Source of the DNA: an uncultured candidatus Brocadiaceae bacterium | GTDB taxonomy: Bacteria; Planctomycetota; Brocadiia; SM23-32 | NCBI GenBank assembly: GCA_964521715.1 | Contig: CAZFSS010000002.1 | Span: 151,828 to 215,827 of the forward strand | Length of the DNA: 64,000 nucleotides | Direction: 5' to 3' | In this document: piece after piece, positions 46,151 to 54,698 of the stretch | Layout of the letters: every line of letters starts with the position of its first letter | Numbering within the stretch: the stretch's first letter is position 1 | Notes under the pieces: model-generated | The model's database searches: none | The model's input: only the letters and a program-made list of their open reading frames with translations | What the model was told of the DNA's origin: nothing | Program-made: the position numbers and the translations under genes

Positions 46151-47047
46151 TCAAGTAGCCAGATCTGGTTCTTGAACTGCCTGTGGGCCAATGCCGAAGC
46201 CCAGCATCCGGAATTGGGACGCCAGGCGGTCCCGGGCCCTCGCCAGGGGATCACCGCGAGGGATCAGGGGCTTGCCCGCGCCGAAGTCCGAGTTGCAGTC
46301 GGCAAAGGCGGCGTGGCCGCGGGCGTTGTCCCCGCGCGCGCTGACGTGCTGCAACCCGTCCTTCCACCGGTACACGTAGCTGATGTCCTCGTCGGCCGGG
46401 TTCCAGGTGTAGAGCTTGCCCGCGCGCCGGAACGCCTCGAGCAGCGCCTTCGCCTGACCGCTCACCCTCGGCGGATAGCCGCCGAGCCTCAGCGCCTCCT
46501 GCCGCTCGAAGACCATCTGGCCCTCGAAGACGTTGTGGCACGGGCCGCGCACCTCAAATCTCTCCCTCGGGCCAACGGCCCACCAGGCCGCGCGCGCCTT
46601 CGCGCAGCGCGGCAATGCACAGTGATCAGTGCAGAGTGATAAAGGAACGGATTCAACGGCTACGTCAAGGGGCCAGGGGCGGCCCGTTAGGGCCGAGACG
46701 CACATGGTGAGGTGCCAGGGCAGGTACAGATCGTCGTCGTCCCAATGCGCCACGAGCGGTGTCCCGGCAGCTTCGAGAAGGGCCTGCCGTTTGTGGCCGA
46801 GCGTCGGGAACCGCACCGGATGGTTGACCACGTGGACGCAGTCGGGCGCGCTCCCGAGGGCGATGGGCACCGGCGCGTCGTTGAGGACGAGGAGATGCTT
46901 CTCGCCGGGGTAGTCCTGCAGGAGGAAGCAGGCGACGGCGTCGCGCAGGCGCTCAAACCGACCGTACGTCGGACACAAGGCCGTCACGGACGGCCAGTGG
47001 CCAGTGCTGAGTGGCGAGTGATGAGTGGAGGGCAACAGATCAGGCAT
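46151..47047 (-). CDS. Glycosyltransferase family 2 protein
   Basis: VTALCPTYGRFERL...LLVLNDAP is the GT2 N-terminal signature. Its start overlaps the stop of the upstream GT2 gene by 8 nt. Confidence 0.65.
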   Translation of the reverse strand: MPDLLPSTHHSPLSTGHWPSVTALCPTYGRFERLRDAVACFLLQDYPGEKHLLVLNDAPVPIALGSAPDCVHVVNHPVRFPTLGHKRQALLEAAGTPLVAHWDDDDLYLPWHLTMCVSALTGRPWPLDVAVESVPLSLCTDHCALPRCAKARAAWWAVGPRERFEVRGPCHNVFEGQMVFERQEALRLGGYPPRVSGQAKALLEAFRRAGKLYTWNPADEDISYVYRWKDGLQHVSARGDNARGHAAFADCNSDFGAGKPLIPRGDPLARARDRLASQFRMLGFGIGPQAVQEPDLAT

Positions 47048-48032
47048 GGGAGTCTCTCTCGAGGTCGCAGGCCCAGCCGTGGTCGAGGCGGTCGACGGGT
47101 TCGCCGTACGGCGAATAGATCATCTCGAACCGGCGACGAGCTTCGAGGATCACGCGGGGGCGCTGCGGGCCTCCTCCGCGCCAACTCCCGGAGCTATGGA
47201 GGCCGAGCCCTCCTCCGGTCCGACTCCAGGAGCTATGGAGGCCAGAACCTCCTCCGCTCCAAACGCCGGAGCTACGGAGCCCAAGCCCACCACCCGACGG
47301 CCAGGAGCGGCGGATGCGGTCCTGGCGACTGCGAAGAAGCATGCGGAGCGCGCGGCGGTGCTGAACCTCTTCCGACATCCCGGCCAAACCCGCGAAGTTC
47401 TGGAGCCGGCCCGGGCAGCCGGCCCGCATCCAGGCGCGCGCGGCCTGGCGCTCGACCAGGCGCCGGTCGGGCTTGACGCCCTTCATGTGAAAGAGCAGCG
47501 GCCCATCGCTTCGGCCGGGGCTCACGCTGCCGAGGTCCTTGAGGGCGGCCGCGCTGCCGCCTGCCCAGCGGCCGCCAGGCAGCAGCCGGCGGTTCCAGAA
47601 GACGTGGCAGCGGTCGTAGTGGCGCAAGCGCTGGGTCGAGTGATCGAAGTCGCCCCACATCTCGCAGAGCTGGAGGTGAACGAGGGGCCGTTGCCCCGCC
47701 GTACGGCGGGCGGCCAGTTCGCGGATGATCCCCGCGTTGTATTCGGCGAGCACGTCGTCGGAGTCGAGCCAGAAGAGCAGGTCCGAGTCGGTCGCAGCCA
47801 GCAGGCGGTTGCGGGCCTCGATCCAGCCGAGCTGGCGCTCTCCCTCGTGCCGCAGCAGGCGGATGTGCGGATGCTGGCGCGCGACTTCGAGCACCACGTC
47901 GGGCGTCAGGTCGTCCGAGCAGTCATCGAGCACGACGATCTCGTCGAAATAGGGCGCGATGCTGTTCAGAGAGAACCACAGCGCGTAGTCGTCGTTGTGG
48001 GCGGGGATGAGGGCTGTGAGGCGGTCCTTCAT
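47040..48032 (-). CDS. Glycosyltransferase family 2 protein with Gly/Ser-rich tandem-repeat C-terminal region
   Basis: LTALIPAHNDDYAL...VVLDDCSDD (GT2). The C-terminus SWPSGGGLGLRSSGVWSGGGSGLHSSWSRTGGGLGLHSSGSW is encoded by a ~45-bp imperfect tandem repeat at 47170..47295. Confidence 0.7.
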   Translation of the reverse strand: MKDRLTALIPAHNDDYALWFSLNSIAPYFDEIVVLDDCSDDLTPDVVLEVARQHPHIRLLRHEGERQLGWIEARNRLLAATDSDLLFWLDSDDVLAEYNAGIIRELAARRTAGQRPLVHLQLCEMWGDFDHSTQRLRHYDRCHVFWNRRLLPGGRWAGGSAAALKDLGSVSPGRSDGPLLFHMKGVKPDRRLVERQAARAWMRAGCPGRLQNFAGLAGMSEEVQHRRALRMLLRSRQDRIRRSWPSGGGLGLRSSGVWSGGGSGLHSSWSRTGGGLGLHSSGSWRGGGPQRPRVILEARRRFEMIYSPYGEPVDRLDHGWACDLERDSHA

Positions 48033-48069
48033 AAGGTCCGGGGCCCTTTCATCGTTCTGCCTTCAGGGT

Positions 48070-48630
48070 TCAGGGTTCCTTGACGACCCACCAGCACCAC
48101 GCCGGCCCCGTGCGCACTCGGTCGCCGAACGCCTCATCCACGGCACGCCTGACGCCCCACGCGTGATCCCACCGCCCGTAGTCGTGGCCGGAAAGGACTC
48201 CGTCCCTGCGCACCTTCGGCCACCAGAACGCGATGTCCTCGCGGACGAACTCGTATGCATGATTGGCGTCAATGAACGCGAAGTCCAGGCTGCCGTCGGG
48301 GACCAGCGCGGCGGCGTCGCGGCTGAACTCGCGCAGCACGACCACGCGGTCGCGGAAGGGCTCGATGCGCCGGCGGAATCGCTCGCAGGCGCGGTCCAGC
48401 AGGCGCTGGTTCGGCCATGCGATCCTGCGGCCCGCCCTGTCCGCGTCGTACTCCGGGTAGTGCCGCCACGGGTCCACGCAGTAGAGCTTCCGCAGGCCGG
48501 GCAGCCGCTTGAGGAGCGCGGCGCTGGTGCGGCCCTCTTTGACGCCGATCTCGGCGCCCACGGCGTGCGGCCGGTCACGGAGCAGCTCCGCCAGCACGCC
48601 CCAGCGCGTCGTCGCCTTGATGCGGTTCAT
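48070..48630 (-). CDS. Class I SAM-dependent methyltransferase (TylF/CmcI-like)
   Basis: ELLRDRPHAVGAEIGVKEGRTSAALL (motif I) and LDFAFIDANHAYEFV (the characteristic DxxH..Y pattern). Start at MNRIKA, overlapping the upstream gene by 4 nt. Confidence 0.65.
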   Translation of the reverse strand: MNRIKATTRWGVLAELLRDRPHAVGAEIGVKEGRTSAALLKRLPGLRKLYCVDPWRHYPEYDADRAGRRIAWPNQRLLDRACERFRRRIEPFRDRVVVLREFSRDAAALVPDGSLDFAFIDANHAYEFVREDIAFWWPKVRRDGVLSGHDYGRWDHAWGVRRAVDEAFGDRVRTGPAWCWWVVKEP

Positions 48631-49283
48631 CGCAGCGGGCTCCTCCAGCGTCTGGCGCCGTGGTGATGGATGAGGCCGGGGGCCTCGCCCTTCCAGGCGA
48701 AGCTGTGCTCCCGGCAGGTCCAGTGGGCCACGGGCCAGCCGGCCTCGAGCACCGCCAGGGCGAGGGCGTACTGGTCCAGCATCCACCAGTTTGTCTTGTT
48801 CTGCCGGCGCTGGGGGTCTTCCAGGCCGGCCTCGCGCACCGCCCGCATCCAGCGCGGCCACGACTCGGCGAGCGTAGACGCAACGTGCGCGCGGCACAGG
48901 AACACGCCGGCGTTGAAGCCCGGCCGCGCCGGCAGGCCGAAGTGCCCGCACAGTGCCGACCACTGCGGCCCCCGAACCGATCCCTCGCTCCAGGCCGAGC
49001 CGACCCGGGCGTTGAACTCCGCCGCGCCGGCCGTCAGGAGGCGGAGCGGCCCGGTCACCTCCGTGTCTGCGTCGAGGAAGAGCACCCACGAGTCCGGCGG
49101 CGCGCCTCCGGCCGGCAGTGCGGCGGGCTTGACGCCGTAGGCGTAGTCGCCGGGGTCGACCTCGACGATGCGCACCCGAATGCCGGGATTATGGCGGGCC
49201 GCCGTGTAAGCGCTGGCGGCGGCCATGCGGCGATAGCGCGGATGCGGCGTGACGGCGTAGCAGACGGTCAGTTCGTCAGACAT
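48627..49283 (-). CDS. Putative nucleotide-diphospho-sugar transferase-like protein
   Basis: A LFLDADTEV segment (DxD-like) in 218 aa. Coupled to neighbours by 4/8-nt overlaps. Confidence 0.4.
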   Translation of the reverse strand: MSDELTVCYAVTPHPRYRRMAAASAYTAARHNPGIRVRIVEVDPGDYAYGVKPAALPAGGAPPDSWVLFLDADTEVTGPLRLLTAGAAEFNARVGSAWSEGSVRGPQWSALCGHFGLPARPGFNAGVFLCRAHVASTLAESWPRWMRAVREAGLEDPQRRQNKTNWWMLDQYALALAVLEAGWPVAHWTCREHSFAWKGEAPGLIHHHGARRWRSPLR

Positions 49284-50070
49284 ACCCGAGCGCCGCCAGT
49301 TTCTGCTCTGTGCTTTCATCGCCGCGCGAGACGTCCCGATCGCGCGACTCGATCGCCAGCCACGGCACTTCGTAGAGCGCGGGGTATTGCCAGTGGCACT
49401 CATGCCCGAAGTTGCCGTCCACCTCGGGTTCGCAGAGGCACTCGCCGTGATCGGAGGTGACGACGACGGTGCCGTCAAGCTCCCGCGCGAGGAGGCGCGC
49501 CGCGTTCCAGGCGAGGCGCAGGTTGCCCTCGTAAGCACGGCACAGGAGCGCGGCGTCGAGCGCGCCCCGCTTCACCAGTTGGTCGGGACGCTTGAGCCCG
49601 TGGCAGGCGCGCCCGAAGTCGTGCGTGCTTCTGCCCCACCGCGCCGCGGCCAGCGGCGGCGAACCGATGTAGGGCGAGTGGGGTTGCAGATAGTGCACCA
49701 CCACGCGCCGGCCGTCGAGCAGTCCGAACTGACGGTAGCCGCTCACGATGCCGTTGACGCTGAGCGGGTGGACCGACGGTATCTCCAACTCGGTGAGGCG
49801 GCCCCACTGCGTGCGCCAGACGCTGACCAGCTCGATCCCCAGCCCGAGGGCCCGCACTTCGCGGTCGACGACGGGATTGGCCGTGAAGTAGAGCACGCCC
49901 AGCTCCCGAAGCAGCGGCCCAACGCGCGCGATCCACTGGGCGGTGCAGACGGCAGGCGAGCGGACGGCCTGCGCGCCCGCAACGCCCATGCGCCGCACGT
50001 GCGCCCCAAAGCAGTCGGCGCGGCAGGCGTCCAGGACGATCAGCGCGTCCCAGGGCACGCGGCGGATCAT
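49276..50070 (-). CDS. Alkaline-phosphatase superfamily protein (sulfatase/phosphotransferase-like)
   Basis: VLDACRADCF near the N-terminus and VTSDHGE later match the metal-binding signatures of this superfamily. Start at MIRRVPW. The upstream codons of the track ORF come from repeat R3. Confidence 0.45.
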   Translation of the reverse strand: MIRRVPWDALIVLDACRADCFGAHVRRMGVAGAQAVRSPAVCTAQWIARVGPLLRELGVLYFTANPVVDREVRALGLGIELVSVWRTQWGRLTELEIPSVHPLSVNGIVSGYRQFGLLDGRRVVVHYLQPHSPYIGSPPLAAARWGRSTHDFGRACHGLKRPDQLVKRGALDAALLCRAYEGNLRLAWNAARLLARELDGTVVVTSDHGECLCEPEVDGNFGHECHWQYPALYEVPWLAIESRDRDVSRGDESTEQKLAALGYV

Positions 50071-50094
50071 GTCAAGCTGAGACTCCACGCGGGA

Positions 50095-50180
50095 CCCCAG
50101 GTGCTGGGTAAGAGGTGCTGGGTGACAGGTTCTAGGTGCTAGACGTTCGTTGTTCGTTGTTCGTTGGTCGTTGTTCGTCA
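50095..50180. repeat. Word-based intergenic repeat element (copy R3: GGTGCTAGGTGCTAG / GTTCGTTGTTCGTT / CACTGTCCACTGGCC)
   Basis: Shares the same words and orientation as R1 (18946..19148). Confidence 0.65.
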
Positions 50181-50390
50181 CTGTCCACTGGCCGCTGGCT
50201 TCTGTCGTTCAACGCCGGCGCGGAGAAAGCCGAGGCCGAGCGCCCCCAGGGCAGCCCAAATGAAGTCCGGGATCTCCACGCCGCAATACGACAGCATCCC
50301 GCAGAGCAGGATTGTCGCGGCGATCAGGTAGGTGCGTTTCCCCACGATCCACGAGCGGATTGGCTCGGGGGGCTCGACTTCATCGCTCAT
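50178..50390 (-). CDS. Small membrane protein (70 aa), hypothetical
   Basis: Two hydrophobic helices. Overlaps the upstream small ORF by 11 nt. Confidence 0.4.
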   Translation of the reverse strand: MSDEVEPPEPIRSWIVGKRTYLIAATILLCGMLSYCGVEIPDFIWAALGALGLGFLRAGVERQKPAASGQ

Positions 50391-50565
50391 CTCGCATCTC
50401 CTTGATCGCTTGAGCCCACCTGGCGTCGGCGGCGTCGGCGCGGCCGAAAGCCGCCTGTATCTCTTCCGCGGTCACATCCTTGCCGGAGCTGATGGCCCGT
50501 TCGACGAGCACCGCCAGCTCGCCAATAACTCGCAGCAGCACCAGCGTCTCCGTCAGTTCATTCAT
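50380..50565 (-). CDS. Small hypothetical protein (61 aa)
   Basis: Helical and acidic. Overlapping stop/start contexts couple it to its neighbours. Confidence 0.35.
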   Translation of the reverse strand: MNELTETLVLLRVIGELAVLVERAISSGKDVTAEEIQAAFGRADAADARWAQAIKEMRDER

Positions 50566-50914
50566 CGTTTCTGGCCTCCACGTCCATGAGCGCCTTCGTC
50601 AGCGCCGCCATTGCGCGGTTGTAGTTCTCGACCGCGGAAGTCTCCGGTTCGCCGGACTCCAGGGCGGCGCGCCATGCGTCGAGCGCGGCACGCGCGGCGG
50701 CGCGCCACACGTCTATCCGGGCCGCCTGTGCGTCGTCGATCAACCCGGCGCTGCGGAGGTCCGCCAGCATGCTGACCGTCGAGGCGTAGGCGTCCGTGGC
50801 CGTGCGGAGCTGGGCGCGCTGCGAGCTCGCGCAGCCGGCGACGACCATCAGTGCCAACCAGAGCGCCAGCAGAAAGGACACCCGTCGCCCCACGTCTATT
50901 CGCTTCCTCATTGC
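50558..50914 (-). CDS. Hypothetical lipoprotein (118 aa)
   Basis: Signal peptide plus lipobox (MVVAGCASS). Ala-rich helical body. Confidence 0.5.
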   Translation of the reverse strand, partial: AMRKRIDVGRRVSFLLALWLALMVVAGCASSQRAQLRTATDAYASTVSMLADLRSAGLIDDAQAARIDVWRAAARAALDAWRAALESGEPETSAVENYNRAMAALTKALMDVEARNDE

Positions 50915-50918
50915 TTCC

Positions 50919-50946
50919 TCCCGGGCACGGCTCGCCGTGCCCCTAC
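50919..50946. repeat. Variant copy of the GC-rich palindrome (GGGCACGGCTCGCCGTGCCCCTAC)
   Basis: A one-mismatch version of the 28-bp palindrome at 2939 and 54663. Lies between the lipoprotein gene and the GT ORF. Confidence 0.6.
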
Positions 50947-50949
50947 CGG

Positions 50950-53322
50950 TCACCGTCCACTCGCCACTGGCCTCTGCCGTGCGGCCATCCATGCCTTGAT
51001 CGCGCGGATGGCGCGGTCGCGATTCTGCCAGTGGCCCGGCTGGGCCGTCGCGGCGGCGCTACGCTGCAGCAGGTCCTTGCAGCGATGGCCAAGCCTGGCG
51101 GGGATCCGGTGCCAGGCCGGCCGCCCGCCGCTGATGCAGAGCGAGACGTAGACGTCGTCCTCGCGGTGGCTCAGGCCGTCGAAGTCGGCGAGCGTCGGGA
51201 TTTCCAGCGGCACGCGCTCCAGCAGCGCCCGCCGCATCAGCATGAACCGGCCCTTCACGACGTCGCACGCCGTGCCCGTCGTCGTCCCGTTGTGGTGGCG
51301 GCCGTGCCGGTAGTCCTTGCCCTCGACCTCCGACCAGCCGAAGAAGCCGACGATGCCGTCCGGGCATTCCTCGCGGCAGGCGGCAATCGCGTCCTCGAGC
51401 ACGCGCTCGTCCGCGAAGACCAGGTCGTCGTCCATCGAGCAGACGAACTCGGTGTCGGCCAGCGCGGCGAGCGCCCAGCGCGGGAAGCAGCCGAGGTTCC
51501 GGCTCGACTGCACGGAAAGCTCGACCAACTCGTGATCCGGGGCCCGGCCGCCCTCGGGCGCGTTGTCCCAGAGGAAGACCTGCGGCCGGAGCGTCTGCGA
51601 AGCGAGGCAGTCGAGCAAGGGGCCGAAGTTCTCCGGCCGTTTCCAGTTGAGCAGGCAGACGGTCACGGACGGGTCCACCACGGATGGATTCACCACGGAG
51701 ACACGGAGGTCACCGAGAACGGCAGGAACAGGGGGAACGGCCCCGGACGGGGCCTGGGGAACGGCGACGGTAGGGGCGGTGTTTTGTGTCTTGCCGTTAT
51801 CAAGGTTCTTGTCTTTCTCCGTGCTCTCCGTCCGGCCTTCGCAGCCGATGCTGCTACGGCGGAGTAGGCTGTCTCCGTGGTGCGCTTTGAGCGCCTTCGC
51901 CTCCGTCTTGAGCTCGTTGTCCTCGATCTGGTTGCGGTCGGCGGCGGGGTTGACGATGACCTTGCCGTGCGGAGCGAGCAGGCGGCGAGCCAGCGCCGCG
52001 CATTCTTCCTGCATCTCTCCGCCGACGAGCACCAGGTCGAACTCGCCGCCGATTTCCTGGCCGGCCCGCGGGTAGTCCCGGCCGAGCTTCGCCTTGAGGA
52101 GCTTGATCCCGTTGGCACCACAGATATCCCACCAGTTGTCCGCGCGATGGCCCGGCATCTCGACGGCGCTGATCTCGGCCTTCGGCAGGATCCTGCGCGC
52201 CAGGAGCGTGGCCTCGCCGGGCCGCCATTGGAGCACGCGCGCGCCGGCGCCGCCCGGCTTGTCCGCCGTACGGCGGACGATCTCACGGCAGGCGGTCTCC
52301 ACCTCCGGCAGCCACTCGTGCTCGGGGTGTGGCGCGTCTACGGTCGCGTGCTTGCCGCAGAGGTGAGTGAAGACGTCCTCGACGGGCCGCGTCCAGCGCA
52401 CGGGCGTGTTGCACTCGGTGGCAGCACGAAAGGCTTCTTCGGCGAGCCGGGCAACGGCCTTTGCGCCGAGCTGCCTGGCGCACCATCCTTCGAACCGCCT
52501 CTGCCAGACCTCGCGACCGAACAGCAGCGCCGTGCAGCGCGCGGCGTTCTTCCACTTCTCGGTGCCCGCGTCGGGGACCGGGTTCGCCCCGCGATAGAGA
52601 TGGCGGAAGACGACGTCCCGGCTGAAAAGCACGGGGATATCGAGCAGGAAGGCCTTGACGGCGATGGCCTGTTCGCTGAAGCCCCAGCGCCCGGCCGTGT
52701 CGTCCCAGAGCGTGCCGGTGGCCGCCTCCAGCCGCTCGGCGGTGGCGCGGCCCATCACGTAGCCCGCCCCCATCGGCGCGGGCGAGCGCGCCCATTGCTC
52801 CGTCGGCGCCTTGGCTATGTGCGACCACTTAGGCTGGAGGGCTTCCTTACGGTTGCAGAACAGGTCGCAGCAGAACAGGCGGTTGCCCTTCTGGTGCTCC
52901 AGCCCGTTGCTGCCCGCGCAGACGAAGCACTCGCTTTGCAGGGCGCGCCGGGCCAGCACCTCCAGGCCGCCGGCAGGGAACCGCATGTGGGCGTCGTGGA
53001 AGCTGACGACGTTGCAGCCGAGCTCCACCGCGAGCTTCCAGCCGGCGTTGCGGGCCCGGCCGACGCCGGCCGGTCTCTCGTGCCGAACGAGGCGCACGTT
53101 CCCGAGCTCACGAGCGAACGAGCAACTGTCGTCCGTGGAGCCGTCGTCGACCAGGATGATCTGAAGGTCCGCGTCGCCGACCGATTCGGCGAGCGAACGC
53201 ACGGTCTGAGCCACCTGTCCGCCCTCGTTCAGAGCGGTGACGACGGCGCCGATGCGGAGGGCGGGGACGGCGCCAGGGCAGTCAGGGTTGCACTCGGCAG
53301 GGCTGACGACGCGGACGGCCAC
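50950..53322 (-). CDS. Multi-domain glycosyltransferase ORF (GT2 domain + methyltransferase-like region + second GT domain) containing an in-frame hairpin-repeat insertion; may be two genes fused by the repeat
   Basis: Contains the GT2 signature IGAVVTALNEG...ILVDDGSTDDS, then FDLVLVGGEM...LLAPHGKVIV (MTase-like C-terminus), then the repeat-encoded linker, then VTVCLLNWKRPENFGPLLDCLASQ... (a second GT domain). No in-frame stop separates the parts. Start is uncertain: no ATG is present; GTG at 53322 is proposed, TTG at 53613 in the track. Confidence 0.45.
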   Translation of the reverse strand: MAVRVVSPAECNPDCPGAVPALRIGAVVTALNEGGQVAQTVRSLAESVGDADLQIILVDDGSTDDSCSFARELGNVRLVRHERPAGVGRARNAGWKLAVELGCNVVSFHDAHMRFPAGGLEVLARRALQSECFVCAGSNGLEHQKGNRLFCCDLFCNRKEALQPKWSHIAKAPTEQWARSPAPMGAGYVMGRATAERLEAATGTLWDDTAGRWGFSEQAIAVKAFLLDIPVLFSRDVVFRHLYRGANPVPDAGTEKWKNAARCTALLFGREVWQRRFEGWCARQLGAKAVARLAEEAFRAATECNTPVRWTRPVEDVFTHLCGKHATVDAPHPEHEWLPEVETACREIVRRTADKPGGAGARVLQWRPGEATLLARRILPKAEISAVEMPGHRADNWWDICGANGIKLLKAKLGRDYPRAGQEIGGEFDLVLVGGEMQEECAALARRLLAPHGKVIVNPAADRNQIEDNELKTEAKALKAHHGDSLLRRSSIGCEGRTESTEKDKNLDNGKTQNTAPTVAVPQAPSGAVPPVPAVLGDLRVSVVNPSVVDPSVTVCLLNWKRPENFGPLLDCLASQTLRPQVFLWDNAPEGGRAPDHELVELSVQSSRNLGCFPRWALAALADTEFVCSMDDDLVFADERVLEDAIAACREECPDGIVGFFGWSEVEGKDYRHGRHHNGTTTGTACDVVKGRFMLMRRALLERVPLEIPTLADFDGLSHREDDVYVSLCISGGRPAWHRIPARLGHRCKDLLQRSAAATAQPGHWQNRDRAIRAIKAWMAARQRPVASGR
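51660..51850. repeat. Large imperfect inverted-repeat (hairpin) element of the CACGGAG-word family, lying in-frame inside the GT ORF
   Basis: The left arm CACCACGGAGACACGGAGGTCACCGAGAACGG is complemented by the right arm GTTCTTGTCTTTCTCCGTGCTCTCCGT...GTCTCCGTGGTG. A second copy with the same architecture lies at 53400..53540. Confidence 0.65.
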
Positions 53323-53399
53323 CGGGTCGCGCCGGCAGTTGAGCCGCTTCGAGCAGGAGCAGGATCGCGAGGCGAAGATGCACCAGGCCTCGTACCGCC

Positions 53400-53540
53400 C
53401 CTTCACCACGGAGGCACGGAGGCCACCGAGAACGGCGGAATCGGGGGGCACGACCACGCCAACAGACCCGGAGGCTTTGTTGCCGGTACCAGAGCCCTTG
53501 TCTTTCTCCGTGTTCTCCGTGTCTCCGTGGTGGACTTGCT
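53400..53540. repeat. Second copy of the CACGGAG-word hairpin element
   Basis: CACCACGGAGGCACGGAGGCCACCGAGAACGG ... CTTGTCTTTCTCCGTGTTCTCCGTGTCTCCGTGGTGGAC. Confidence 0.65.
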
Positions 53541-53581
53541 CCCAGCGGCCCACCGGCAGGCCGGCGGCACGGCGCTGGGCA

Positions 53582-54001
53582 TCAGCCAACCGCTGGCGCA
53601 GACTCGGCGTCAAGGTCGAGCCCCTCCTCCTGGGCGGCCTCCTTGGCCACGACCTGGCTGACCATGCCGCCGGCGACCGCCTCGACGAGGAAGTCGCCCT
53701 GCACTTCCGGCCCGGTGATCTTCGCGAGCGCCAGCGTCAGCAGCGGCTTGCAGCGCTCCCGTTCGACTTCGAGCGCAGCCTCCTCGGCCTCCTTGCGCTC
53801 GGCCTCCATGTCCACCGGCTCGAGGCCCTGCCAGAAGCCGGAGGGGCAATTCGCATCCGGCCCCTCCATGAAGCCGTCGTCGAGTTCGAGATCGCCGCCG
53901 CGCCAGTCGCAGTGCGGCCACGCCCAGACCGTCTCATGGCGGGTGTGGCGGTGCGGGCACGTGTGGCAGCGGTTGATTCGGGCCAGCTTGATTCCGTCCA
54001 T
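53582..54001 (-). CDS. Hypothetical protein with N-terminal Cys/His cluster
   Basis: ATG at 54001 preceded by an AGGAGGT RBS. 139 aa. A CHTCPHRH...HCDW metal-binding-like cluster sits ahead of an acidic helical C-terminus. Confidence 0.5.
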   Translation of the reverse strand: MDGIKLARINRCHTCPHRHTRHETVWAWPHCDWRGGDLELDDGFMEGPDANCPSGFWQGLEPVDMEAERKEAEEAALEVERERCKPLLTLALAKITGPEVQGDFLVEAVAGGMVSQVVAKEAAQEEGLDLDAESAPAVG

Positions 54002-54010
54002 CGTTACCTC

Positions 54011-54640
54011 CTAGGCTGCGGGTGTGGTCGACGTGCCAGAGCACCAGAGCACGGTGCAGCTCGGGTCGGTCGTCTCGGTGCATACGCAACCTTCCCCGAC
54101 GCACCATGGGTTGTATTCGTGGCTGCACTCCCAGGTCAGGTAGTCGCCGGTCGGGTCGCACTCCGGGTCCGGCCAGGGCGGGATGGTGAAGATGAAGCGG
54201 CAGTTTCGCCAGCCGCCGAGCCATACCGGGCAGATGCACTGGATCCAGATGACCCAGTGGTGGAAGTCGCCGCCCTGCCGCGAGTCCCACAGGATGATGG
54301 AGTAGCGTTCGCCGTTCGGGCCGACCCAGCGCTTCGCCCAGGTGCAGTCATGCTCCCACTCCAGCACGTGCGCGCCGTTCAGAACGGACATGTCGCCGAC
54401 GGGATATTCGGCCTCGGTGGTGGTGCCGCCGACTCCGATGCAGAGGCAGTTGCGCCCCTGGATGCCGGCGATGTCGACGCAGATGTGGTCCGGCATGGGC
54501 GGGTCGCAGGCGTTGCAGCCGTTCTGCGGCCCGCCGCTGGGCGTCGTCGTGCTGCCCGGGTGCAGGCACTGGATGATCAGGTGGGCGGCTGCGCTCTTCA
54601 GCAGCCGGCCGCTGGAGGCCGATTTCTTCAGGTGGGCCAA
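54011..54640 (-). CDS. Cys/Trp-rich secreted protein sharing a repeated Cys-rich domain with the giant tail-like protein
   Basis: NCRFIFTIPPWPDPECDPTGDYLTWECSHE is homologous to NCRFVAWGPDTPCDPTGQYELQECEDGGC in the 1038-aa protein. The track start is TTG. Confidence 0.45.
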   Translation of the reverse strand: MAHLKKSASSGRLLKSAAAHLIIQCLHPGSTTTPSGGPQNGCNACDPPMPDHICVDIAGIQGRNCLCIGVGGTTTEAEYPVGDMSVLNGAHVLEWEHDCTWAKRWVGPNGERYSIILWDSRQGGDFHHWVIWIQCICPVWLGGWRNCRFIFTIPPWPDPECDPTGDYLTWECSHEYNPWCVGEGCVCTETTDPSCTVLWCSGTSTTPAA

Positions 54641-54662
54641 GTGTTACTCCGTGCTCCGAGAA

Positions 54663-54690
54663 GTAGGGGCACGGCGCGCCGTGCCCCTAC
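54663..54690. repeat. Perfect 28-bp GC-rich palindrome GTAGGGGCACGGCGCGCCGTGCCCCTAC (copy 2; extended to 32 bp by AAGTAG/CTACTT)
   Basis: Identical to 2939..2966. Sits between two minus-strand phage-region genes. Confidence 0.8.
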
Positions 54691-54698
54691 TTCAATGT

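Noticed and set aside
51877-53661. 594-aa + strand ORF
   Set aside because: Antisense to the glycosyltransferase ORF, which carries GT2 motifs.
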